Positions 1-8,398 of a DNA stretch of 64,000 nt are shown here, one piece after another. A program made the position numbers and the translations under genes. Origin of the DNA: Lentisphaeria bacterium UBA4640 (GTDB lineage Bacteria; Verrucomicrobiota; Lentisphaeria; Victivallales; UBA1829); contig DHMO01000045.1 in NCBI GenBank assembly GCA_002405835.1, forward strand, positions 34,062 to 98,061, in the 5' to 3' direction. Below the pieces are notes generated by a model that worked only from the letters and a program-made list of their open reading frames with translations, was not told the origin of the DNA and searched no databases. Within the stretch, counting starts at the first letter, position 1. Every line of letters starts with the position of its first letter.

Positions 1-784
1 CCGCGATGTCTACATCAAGGCGCGCGACTGCGATGCCCGCGCCGCGTTCGGAAGCGTAATCGCGTTCAACACGCAGGTTGACGCCGAGACCGCCGAAACC
101 ATCATGTCCACGTTTGCGGAATGCGTTGTCGCTCCCGATTTCACCAAAGAAGCTCTTGAAATTTTCTGCGATGCGGAACGCTTCAAACTCAACAAACAGA
201 TCCGCATTCTCCAGTGCGGCAAACTTTCCACGATTCCGCGTTACGTCGGCGATGATCCGGATGGCATCAACAACACCGTCAAGGTTCTCTGCGACGGCTC
301 CCTGGTGATCGCCGCTCCGCTTCTGACCAACGTCCGCAACTTCCGCGATCTTCCCCCGGCGGCAGGTGAAAGCAAGACCGCCGGAATCCAGGTTGCAACC
401 ACGGAGCCGACCGAACAGCAGAAGTGCGACCTTCTCGCCGCATGGTACATCAACATCTCCGTCCGTTCCAACGGCGTTGTGATCGTCAAGGACGGTCAGA
501 CCCTGGCAGTCGGAACCGGTGAACAGGACCGCGTCGGCGCGGTTGAGCAGGCAATTGAGAAGTTCAAACAGAAATACACCGGTTCCGCAACTCTCGAAGG
601 CGCGGTCATGTCCAGTGACGGATTCTTCCCGTTCGCGGACGGACTCGAAGTCGCCGCGGCCGCGGGCATCAAAGCGATGGTCGCTCCCTCCGGCTCCCTG
701 AAGGATGCGGATGTGATCAAGCGCGCCAATGAACTCGGCGTTGCTCTCCGTCATGCTCCGGAACGTATCTTCTCTCACCACTGA
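1..784 (+). CDS. purH: Bifunctional AICAR transformylase/IMP cyclohydrolase PurH, C-terminal part (5' end lies outside the window)
   Basis: The frame is open from position 2. The C-terminus SSDGFFPFADG...IKAMVAPSGSLKDADVIKRANELGVAL...ERIFSHH matches the conserved PurH C-terminus (FFPF.D, GGS.RD, F.H end). Confidence 0.85.
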   Translation, partial: RDVYIKARDCDARAAFGSVIAFNTQVDAETAETIMSTFAECVVAPDFTKEALEIFCDAERFKLNKQIRILQCGKLSTIPRYVGDDPDGINNTVKVLCDGSLVIAAPLLTNVRNFRDLPPAAGESKTAGIQVATTEPTEQQKCDLLAAWYINISVRSNGVVIVKDGQTLAVGTGEQDRVGAVEQAIEKFKQKYTGSATLEGAVMSSDGFFPFADGLEVAAAAGIKAMVAPSGSLKDADVIKRANELGVALRHAPERIFSHH

Positions 785-795
785 TCCGATGTGTC

Positions 796-3030
796 ATGGA
801 TGATCTGCTGTCTGCACAGGAAACACCGTTCGAACTGTCGCCGGAACCCGGCGGCGTGACTGAACAGACCCTGCGCGGCGAGGTTGAAAAGGTCCTCTAC
901 GAAAACGAGGAGACCTCCTATACCGTTGTGATCATCCGCGACGCTCTCGGCGAACTTCATAATGCGGTCGGCACGCTTCCCGGCGTCTCTGCTGGGCAGG
1001 GCATCGAGGCTGTCGGCCGCTGGGAAGTTCATAAGGAGTACGGACGCCAGTTCCGTGTACTTTCTTACAATTTCACTCTCCCCGTTACGGCAGAGGGAAT
1101 CATCAAATATCTCTCTTCCGGCGTGATCAAAGGACTCGGACGCAAGAATGCCGAGGCGATTGTCGCCGCATTCGGAGCCGCCACTCTGGATGTGATAGAA
1201 AATGCTCCGGCGCGCCTGCGCGAAGTTCCCGGAATCGGAAAAAAACGCATTGATGCAATCCGGCAGATCTGGAAGGAGAACGCTCAGCGGCGGACGCTCC
1301 AGATTCATCTTCAGAGCTACGGCGTCAGCCTTGCCTACTTCACAAAAATTTATCAGAAATACGGCGACGCCGCGGCGGAAAAAATCAAAGAGAATCCCTA
1401 TGCGCTTGCAACCGACATTCCCGGAATCGGGTTTGTCATGGCGGATCATATTGCGGAAAAAATGGGGATTCAGAAGAACGACCCGAAGCGTCTGACTTCC
1501 GGAATGACGTATGTCCTTTCCCAGATGCGCGGGCTCGGGCATATCTGTGTCCCGCGCGATCTCTTTCTTTCCAAAGCCTCCGAACTGCTCGGGATTGAGC
1601 CCGAAGATTCAGAGAAAGCGCTGACCCTTGCCGTCGGTCTGATGCTTGCGGCGATCCGCAAGGCTTCGGACGGAACCGAGATGGTTTACGAACCCGGACT
1701 GCTCCGATGCGAAGAGGAGTTCCCCGTCCGCATTGCGCGTCTCATGGCGGTTCCGCGCCACTATGGACAGAACATCATGCGTTTTCCTGTTCAGCCGAAC
1801 GCGATTTTCAGCGATGAACAGCTGAATGCGGTGAAAATGGTCGGCAACTCACCTGTCTCAATTATCACCGGCGGACCCGGCGTCGGCAAAACGACAGTTG
1901 TCGGGGAAATCGTCCGCCGTGCGAAACTTGCCAAGCTGACAATCGCACTCTGCGCTCCGACCGGACGCGCCGCGAAACGGATGTCCGAAACAACGCATGT
2001 CACGGCATTCACGATTCACCGTCTGCTGAAATGGGATCCGGCAAAACATCAGTTTGTGCATGGCCGTTCCTCGCCGCTGAAAGCGGAGCTGATCATCATT
2101 GATGAAACTTCGATGCTCGATATTCTGATTGCAACCGCTCTGTTCCGCGCGATCAACCCGGGAACAACAGTTGTGCTCGTCGGCGATGCGGATCAGCTGC
2201 CGTCAGTCGGTCCGGGAAATGTCCTGAACGACCTGATTTCATCCGGTTTTATTCCGGTTACACGTCTGACAAAGATTTTCCGCCAGGGCGCCGGAAGCGG
2301 CATCATCATGGCGGCGCACGATGTCAACAGCGGACGCATGCCGCCGATCTCCCGGACGCGCCGCAGTGCTCCTGTTACCGATTTCTACTGGATTGAAAAG
2401 GATGATCCGGACGAGGCCGCGGATGTGATCCGCCGTCTGGTTTGCGACCGCATCCCGAACCGCTTCGGACTGAATGCGATGAATGATATCCAGGTTCTTT
2501 CCCCGATGAACAAGGGCTCCTGCGGGACCATTGCGCTGAACACCGCACTTCAGGAACTGCTGAATCCTGAGGCAAAACTGCAGTTCCGCCACGGCGAACG
2601 GCTTTTCAAACTCGGTGACAAGGTCATGCAGATTTCCAACAACTACGACAAAGGTGTTTTCAACGGCGATATGGGGCGGATTTGCGCGATCAATTACAGC
2701 GATAAACAGTTCTCCGTCAAATTCGATTCGGAGAGCATCACCTATGAATTTCTCGAAGCCGATCAGCTTTCTCTTTCCTATGCCGTGACGATTCACAAGT
2801 CGCAGGGCAGCGAATTTCCCGCCGTGGTGATTCCGCTTCTGACTCAGCATTTTGTAATGCTTCAGCGCAATCTGCTTTACACCGGAATGACGCGCGCGAA
2901 ACGTCTGATGATTCTGGTCGGCTCGGAAAAAGCGGTCAGCATGGCTGTTCGCAACAGCGTTCGCGAGCCGCGCTATTCTCTTCTGAATGAACGGCTTGCG
3001 GACGCGTTCCGGACGGAGGGGTTCGGATGA
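796..3030 (+). CDS. recD2: RecD2-type SF1 ATP-dependent DNA helicase
   Basis: 744 aa. Walker A is GGPGVGKTT; other helicase motifs are CAPTGRAAKRM, IIDETSMLD, VLVGDADQLPSVGPGNVL, IHKSQGSEF and YTGMTRAKRLMILVG. An N-terminal HhH-like region is typical of RecD2. Confidence 0.9.
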   Translation: MDDLLSAQETPFELSPEPGGVTEQTLRGEVEKVLYENEETSYTVVIIRDALGELHNAVGTLPGVSAGQGIEAVGRWEVHKEYGRQFRVLSYNFTLPVTAEGIIKYLSSGVIKGLGRKNAEAIVAAFGAATLDVIENAPARLREVPGIGKKRIDAIRQIWKENAQRRTLQIHLQSYGVSLAYFTKIYQKYGDAAAEKIKENPYALATDIPGIGFVMADHIAEKMGIQKNDPKRLTSGMTYVLSQMRGLGHICVPRDLFLSKASELLGIEPEDSEKALTLAVGLMLAAIRKASDGTEMVYEPGLLRCEEEFPVRIARLMAVPRHYGQNIMRFPVQPNAIFSDEQLNAVKMVGNSPVSIITGGPGVGKTTVVGEIVRRAKLAKLTIALCAPTGRAAKRMSETTHVTAFTIHRLLKWDPAKHQFVHGRSSPLKAELIIIDETSMLDILIATALFRAINPGTTVVLVGDADQLPSVGPGNVLNDLISSGFIPVTRLTKIFRQGAGSGIIMAAHDVNSGRMPPISRTRRSAPVTDFYWIEKDDPDEAADVIRRLVCDRIPNRFGLNAMNDIQVLSPMNKGSCGTIALNTALQELLNPEAKLQFRHGERLFKLGDKVMQISNNYDKGVFNGDMGRICAINYSDKQFSVKFDSESITYEFLEADQLSLSYAVTIHKSQGSEFPAVVIPLLTQHFVMLQRNLLYTGMTRAKRLMILVGSEKAVSMAVRNSVREPRYSLLNERLADAFRTEGFG

Positions 3031-3887
3031 AAACCGTTCTGGAACCACCGCGCACCCGGGTTGAATTTGAGCTCCCCTTCCGTTTGAATCCGCATACGGC
3101 GGTTGTCTCCTCCGTCGGCTCCTGCTTTGCCGATGAGGTTGCCGGACAGCTTGCGGATGCCGGACTTGATGTCCTGCGCAATCCGAACGGCATTGTCTAC
3201 AACCCGGTTTCCCTTGCGGATTCGGTTCTCGGAAAAGACGCCGACTTGTTTGAATTCAACGGTTTGTGGCATTCGTGGAATCATCATGGCTCCTTCTCTT
3301 CCGTATCGCGCGGGGAGCTGGAACAGAAAATTGAAAGTGCGCGTTCCGCATTCCGGGAACATCTGCGGAAGAGCGATCTTCTGATTCTGACTCCGGCTTC
3401 GGCTGTCGTGTTTCAACTGATTGAAAATCAACAGATTGTGGCGAACTGTCACAAGGTTCCGGGAACCCGCTTCCAGCGCCGTCTGCTGACGTTTCAGGAA
3501 TGCTGCGCTGCGCTGAATTCCATTGCGGAATTCACTGCATCATTTGCTCCGGAATGCCGGATGGTGTTTACCCTTTCTCCCGTCCGCCACAATCCCGGTG
3601 ATCTGGTCCTGAATTCACGTTCCAAATCATTGGTGCTTAATGCGATACATGAGTGCTGCGGCCGTTTTGAAAACGCCTTTTACTTTCCCGCGTTCGAGAT
3701 AATGAATGATGAATTGCGGGATTACCGTTTTTACAAAGAAGACATGCTTCATCCGAATGCGCTTGCTGTGGATATCATCACCCGTTCGTTCGCCGCGGCC
3801 TGCTTCGGCGAAGAGGCTCAGAAGATGCTTGACACTGCCGCTCAGCGTATACGGCGGAGCCGTCATGTTCCGGGAGGACTGAACTGA
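3027..3887 (+). CDS. GSCFA-domain protein (function unknown, SGNH-like)
   Basis: 286 aa. The literal GSCFA motif (VGSCFADEV) lies near the N-terminus. The start overlaps the recD2 stop (ATGA). Confidence 0.75.
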   Translation: MKTVLEPPRTRVEFELPFRLNPHTAVVSSVGSCFADEVAGQLADAGLDVLRNPNGIVYNPVSLADSVLGKDADLFEFNGLWHSWNHHGSFSSVSRGELEQKIESARSAFREHLRKSDLLILTPASAVVFQLIENQQIVANCHKVPGTRFQRRLLTFQECCAALNSIAEFTASFAPECRMVFTLSPVRHNPGDLVLNSRSKSLVLNAIHECCGRFENAFYFPAFEIMNDELRDYRFYKEDMLHPNALAVDIITRSFAAACFGEEAQKMLDTAAQRIRRSRHVPGGLN

Positions 3888-5761
3888 TGTGCGGAATCGC
3901 AGGAATCTTTCGGAAAGATTATCAACCCGTTGATTTACAGACACTTGAAGCAATGGCGGATGCAATGCTTCTTCGCGGTCCGGACGGCACGGGGTTCCAT
4001 GTTGACGGTCCGTTCGGACTGGCGCACCGGCGGCTCTCCATTCTTGACCTTGCCGGAGGAGCTCAGCCGATTGCAAACGAAGACAACACGGTTTTCACCG
4101 TTGTAAACGGAGAGTTCTACAACTATCCGGAATTGCGCAAGTCATTGGAACGCAAAGGTCACCGGTTCAGAACCAACTCCGATTCGGAGTGTGCGGTTCA
4201 TCTTTACGAAGAGTACGGGACGGCGTTTCCGGAGCATTTGACCGGCATGTTCGCTCTTGCGGTTTACGATGCTCGGAAAAAATCTCTGTTTCTGGCGCGG
4301 GACCGTGCGGGGGAGAAGCCGCTTTTTCTGTTGAATACCAAAGAGTTGTTTGCTTTTGCAAGCGACCTGAATGCGTTGAAGCGCATTCCCGGCGTGGACT
4401 GGCAGCTGAATTACGATGCGCTTGCGGATTATCTGATGTTCATGTACACCCCGGGACGGGCGACCGTTTACCGGAATGTGACGCGGCTTGAACCGGGAAA
4501 ATCTCTGCTGATTTCTGCAAATGCAACGGCGTTCCAATCTTACTGGACGCTCAACCCGGAAACGCGCGCTGAAGTCGGTTTCGGAACTGCCGCTCAGCGG
4601 GTGCGGGAGATGGTGACGGAGTCTGTCCGTTCCTCGCTGCTTGCGGATGTTCCGCTCGGCGTGTTTCTGTCGGGCGGTCTGGATTCGACGATTATTGCGG
4701 CCGCCGCTTCGCAGGTGGAGTCGCCGGAACCGCTGCGCTGCTTTTCGATCGGTTTCAATGATCCTGCATATGATGAAAGCCGCCAGGCGGAACGGAATGC
4801 GGAGTATCTGCGGAAACGGGCAAAACGGAAGATAGAATTTTATCACAAAGTCGTTCATCCGGAAGATTTTGCGTCGTTGGAGTTTCTGCTTTCCCGGTGC
4901 GGGGAGCCTTATGGGGATTCGTCGATTCTGCCGACGTATCTGCTCTGCAAGTTTGCGCGGGAAAAAGTGACCGTTGCGCTGAGCGGAGATGGTGCGGATG
5001 AGCTGTTCGGCGGATACGAACGCTATCTGGTCATGAACAAACTGCGGATGCTGGATGTTCTGCCTGAGGTCTTGCGGCGGGATCTTTTTGCATTTGCGGC
5101 GCGTCTTTTTCCGGATCGGGGAGGGGACCGGACGCGTTCCGCGCGCATCCGGCGTCTTCTGATTGCCGCAGGACATTCTGCCGCAGGACGTTACGCTTCG
5201 CTGATTTCCGGATTTTCTCCCTCTGAATTGCGGAAATTCTGCCGTTTTGAGATTTCGCCGGAGCGTCCGGATGTTTTCGAACGGTGGTTTGACGCCTCGC
5301 TTCCGAATGCCGCTTCCGTGTTCGATTACCATGTCTATCTGCCGAATGATATTCTGCGGAAGACGGATACGGCGTCGATGTCGGTTTCACTTGAAGTCCG
5401 GGCACCTTTCCTAGAGTACCATCTGACGGAGTTTGCGGAGTCGCTTCCGGATGAATACAAGATGCAGGGAATGCGCCGCAAAGTCGTTCTGGCTGAAGCG
5501 TTTGGAGATCTGATTCCGCCTGAGCTCCGGACGAACCGGAAGCGCGGATTCGGCATTCCGCTTGCATCGTGGTTCCGCGGCGCATGGTACAAGCCTGCAC
5601 GGGAACGGCTGCTCGGCGGACGGCACTGTCCGGAACTTTTCGACCGGACAATGCTCGAACATCTTCTTGCGGAACACCTTGCGGGACGTGCGGATCACAG
5701 CAAACGGCTTTATGCATTGCTGGCGCTGGAACTCGGGCTTTCCTCTTTCCAGTGCTCCTGA
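3887..5761 (+). CDS. asnB: Asparagine synthase (glutamine-hydrolysing)
   Basis: 624 aa. The N-terminal MCGIAG is the Ntn glutaminase nucleophile and SGGLDS is the PP-loop. The start overlaps the GSCFA gene stop (TGATG). Confidence 0.9.
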   Translation: MCGIAGIFRKDYQPVDLQTLEAMADAMLLRGPDGTGFHVDGPFGLAHRRLSILDLAGGAQPIANEDNTVFTVVNGEFYNYPELRKSLERKGHRFRTNSDSECAVHLYEEYGTAFPEHLTGMFALAVYDARKKSLFLARDRAGEKPLFLLNTKELFAFASDLNALKRIPGVDWQLNYDALADYLMFMYTPGRATVYRNVTRLEPGKSLLISANATAFQSYWTLNPETRAEVGFGTAAQRVREMVTESVRSSLLADVPLGVFLSGGLDSTIIAAAASQVESPEPLRCFSIGFNDPAYDESRQAERNAEYLRKRAKRKIEFYHKVVHPEDFASLEFLLSRCGEPYGDSSILPTYLLCKFAREKVTVALSGDGADELFGGYERYLVMNKLRMLDVLPEVLRRDLFAFAARLFPDRGGDRTRSARIRRLLIAAGHSAAGRYASLISGFSPSELRKFCRFEISPERPDVFERWFDASLPNAASVFDYHVYLPNDILRKTDTASMSVSLEVRAPFLEYHLTEFAESLPDEYKMQGMRRKVVLAEAFGDLIPPELRTNRKRGFGIPLASWFRGAWYKPARERLLGGRHCPELFDRTMLEHLLAEHLAGRADHSKRLYALLALELGLSSFQCS

Positions 5762-6753
5762 AACGCTCCGGTTTCGGGGAGGAGAAAGAGGCATGCGGAT
5801 TCGACTTTCCATCCGGCGGATGCATGCTGGTTCGTGATGTTTTTGAACGATTCCGGTTTCTTGCACGTATAGAACTGATCGGTTCCGATGAGCGGGGATG
5901 TGTATGCGCCCTGAATTGGACCGGAATCGAAGAAAACATTCCACCGGTCCGCAAATTCTGCAACACCTAAACCGTTGAATTCAAAAGAGTTGCTTGTAAA
6001 ACCAATGAGGATTAGGCGGTACTTTGCATCAAACGGAGGAGTGTAGTTGATCTGAATCCGGATGCTCCAGGTGCGTGTGGCGCGCCAGTTCTTGCCATCG
6101 CTGTCGCATGTGAGGTCCTGCCAGTTGCCGAAACGGTCGTCATAATGATTGTGGAATTCACGGTAATCACCCGTTGGAGCTGTTCCGTTGTGATTGTCGT
6201 AGACCTTTCCGAACGTGTCGCAGTACGCCATAGCGGGCATGATGATTCCATTATATTTTTTGCAGACATCGCAGTATTCGTGAAGAATCATGCTCCATGA
6301 ATCGTTGTGTGCGATGAGATTGAAAAGCCGGTCGGTTGCCGAACATGCCCATGACCACGGCTGAATGTCGAGCGACGGGAGTTCCCCGCTTCCATGTACT
6401 CCGGGATACTGCTCCGTTTTGTTCTCCGCAGTGTAATCGGGCATGAACGGAGTTGTCCATACCTGATTGACCGGATAGTCTTTCGAACGGTTCCAAATGA
6501 CGAAATCCTTGCGGAGGGTCCGGTAGAAAACATGATTGCGGTCGGTGAGGAGCGACCCGTTTTCATATTTCAGCAAGTCTTTGAGTTTCTGATACTTATA
6601 ACTGGCTTTCTCCGCATCGGAAAGCGTATCTTCTCTCGGCATGAGGAATGTGTAGCGGTCTTCGCGCATCTTGTCGATAATATCGATCCAGTGAGCGAAC
6701 CGGTAGCGGAGCAGGGAACGGTTGATGGCGTTGAGATTTAAGTTGTTGGACAT
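5710..6753 (-). CDS. Hypothetical protein (gene C of the orphan trio), Trp-rich, AT-shifted
   Basis: 347-aa ORF with GAGGAAA about 10 nt upstream of the ATG. Its start overlaps the gene B stop (TGATG). It has 13 Trp, and I could not recognise a signal peptide or domain. G+C is visibly lower than in the neighbouring genes. Confidence 0.6.
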   Translation of the reverse strand: MSNNLNLNAINRSLLRYRFAHWIDIIDKMREDRYTFLMPREDTLSDAEKASYKYQKLKDLLKYENGSLLTDRNHVFYRTLRKDFVIWNRSKDYPVNQVWTTPFMPDYTAENKTEQYPGVHGSGELPSLDIQPWSWACSATDRLFNLIAHNDSWSMILHEYCDVCKKYNGIIMPAMAYCDTFGKVYDNHNGTAPTGDYREFHNHYDDRFGNWQDLTCDSDGKNWRATRTWSIRIQINYTPPFDAKYRLILIGFTSNSFEFNGLGVAEFADRWNVFFDSGPIQGAYTSPLIGTDQFYTCKKPESFKNITNQHASAGWKVESACLFLLPETGAFQEHWKEESPSSSASNA

Positions 6754-7319
6754 CAGGAATTTTCCTCGGTTTCGGTGTCATCGTAGTAACGGTCGGTAAT
6801 GACGACAGGTCCGTAATGCGCCTGGCGGGCAGCGCCGCCCTGAATGACGCCGATGAGTTCATAAAACGGAAAACCGTATGAGTCATCTGTTTTTGGCGGT
6901 TCATCCGAATTGCTTATTTCGTAACCGCTCCGGATTGTGGAGTCGGCGAGTTCCAGCTTCAGCCAGACGAAGACGGCGGAAAGAGAAAGTTCGGAGGAAC
7001 TGACCGTGCGGGAATATGCGGGGCATTTCGCAAGAAGTTTGCCGCCGAGAAGGACGCGTCCTGCATATGCGGCGTTGTCAAGCAGTCCGTTGGAGATGCG
7101 GAGAGTAAGATTTTTCAGTGTTCCGTCTTCTTCGCTTTCGCTTCCGGCGAGGGAGAGTCTGAATTCTCCGCTGTAGCCGTAAGAGCTTGAGCCGGAACGG
7201 GATGAGACGGACGAACTGCGGCTGTTTCTCCGGTTGTCTTTATCAGTAAGATCCTGGCGGAGTTCCCAGGCTTTGCGGATGGCCTCAATGGTGTTTCCGG
7301 TTGCTTCAAGTACTCTCAT
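6753..7319 (-). CDS. Hypothetical protein (gene B of the orphan trio) with a Ser-rich low-complexity tract
   Basis: 189 aa from the internal ATG at 7319, which lies 4 nt after the gene A stop. The longer 300-aa ORF would overlap gene A out of frame. It contains the tract NSRSSSVSSRSGSSSYGYSG and an acidic C-tail. Confidence 0.6.
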   Translation of the reverse strand: MRVLEATGNTIEAIRKAWELRQDLTDKDNRRNSRSSSVSSRSGSSSYGYSGEFRLSLAGSESEEDGTLKNLTLRISNGLLDNAAYAGRVLLGGKLLAKCPAYSRTVSSSELSLSAVFVWLKLELADSTIRSGYEISNSDEPPKTDDSYGFPFYELIGVIQGGAARQAHYGPVVITDRYYDDTETEENS

Positions 7320-7323
7320 GGCG

Positions 7324-8283
7324 TCACCATGCAGCCGTTGCGGGGAGGGAGAGCTGAGCCCAGGTATGGGGACGTTTCTCTTTGAAATGCAGGAAGTTTT
7401 CCGCACCCGGCGTGATGTCCTGCTGAGCGAGAATCTTTCCCGAAGCGGAGAGCCAGAGCGGTTCGTCGACAGGGACGGGGGCGCTGTCGGCTGCGGCGAT
7501 GCGCGCAATCGCCTTGTCGCTTCCGAAAACGGGATTGCCGAGAGAATCGACTGCGGTATAGATGCGGACCGGATTGCTGTTTGCTCCGCGATAGCAGACG
7601 CTCCGGTTCGGGAAGGTGCGGATGAAGCCGTCGGGGGCGATTTCGAGTGCGACATCGACCCGGAAGACGGAGTTCAGCGAATTGCCGTCCTCCTGCACGA
7701 TCTCCGCCGCGACCGTTTTGATGAGTCCGCATTCGGCGGGAATGTCGAGTCCGCAGACCTTTACCGGATTTTTGTTGACGGTATCGGCGACTTCAAGGAT
7801 CCAGCGCGGATTGAAAGTGCGGAGATTGTAGGAGAAGCGCAGCAGAAGCGAGGTTTGAATCGTATTTGCGGAGATTGCGGTTCCCGCCGCGGTGACGACC
7901 GGGCGCAGGGGACGGTTTGCATCGTCCATGATATCATAGGAGAATTCGAAGGGGACAACTTTTTCGATGGTGGTGAGCGTGAGGTCGAACGGCTGATTGT
8001 AAACGGTTCCGGAAGAGCTGTTTGCAGAAGCGGCGGAGTAGGTCACTTCAACTTCATATTTGTTTTTCTTTCCGTCGCAGGCCGGTGTGATGCGGATGGA
8101 AGAGGCGCGGAGGGCGGACAGTTCCGGGTGTGCACTGCCGAGAGCGGGGAACGATTTGTGTTTGCGCAGCTCGGCGAGACCTTCTCCGTTTTCGCAGAAG
8201 AAAACGAGAATACGTTTGAGGCTCTGACCGGATTTGTCGATTGTCAACCCGAGGCTGATGTCGCCTTTGTATGAAACAGACAT
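7324..8283 (-). CDS. Hypothetical protein (gene A of the orphan trio), beta-strand-patterned
   Basis: 319-aa ORF with a strong SD (AAAGGAG) 7 nt upstream of the ATG. I recognised no signal peptide, TM segment or nucleotide-binding motif. Confidence 0.65.
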   Translation of the reverse strand: MSVSYKGDISLGLTIDKSGQSLKRILVFFCENGEGLAELRKHKSFPALGSAHPELSALRASSIRITPACDGKKNKYEVEVTYSAASANSSSGTVYNQPFDLTLTTIEKVVPFEFSYDIMDDANRPLRPVVTAAGTAISANTIQTSLLLRFSYNLRTFNPRWILEVADTVNKNPVKVCGLDIPAECGLIKTVAAEIVQEDGNSLNSVFRVDVALEIAPDGFIRTFPNRSVCYRGANSNPVRIYTAVDSLGNPVFGSDKAIARIAAADSAPVPVDEPLWLSASGKILAQQDITPGAENFLHFKEKRPHTWAQLSLPATAAW

Positions 8284-8398
8284 GGGGATACTCCTTTCGG
8301 TTGTTCAGAACGGATTTTCTGTGTCAACCGAAAAATTTTCCGTTTTTTTTGCTTTCCGCCTTGCATTTGTTTCAGTTGATGATATAGTTGTTTCAGAA

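Noticed and set aside
3887-5761. The idea that the AsnB-like gene is a lasso-peptide cyclase or part of a RiPP cluster with the adjacent unknown genes.
   Set aside because: The protein keeps the N-terminal Cys2 glutaminase nucleophile and the full AsnB architecture. I found no transglutaminase-like protease, PqqD-like RRE, short precursor ORF or ABC exporter nearby. The unknown trio is on the opposite strand.
6753-7655. Full 300-aa version of orphan gene B.
   Set aside because: The N-terminal 111 codons overlap gene A out of frame and are Ser/Pro/Arg-rich. An ATG at 7319 sits 4 nt after the gene A stop and gives a compact 189-aa product.
7234-8274. 346-aa plus-strand ORF covering the same DNA as orphan gene A.
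   Set aside because: Its translation is Gly/Asp/Arg/Val-rich shadow-type sequence with no SD. The minus-strand ORF has a strong SD and forms a coupled series with the two downstream genes. The strand choice remains less certain than for motif-supported genes.
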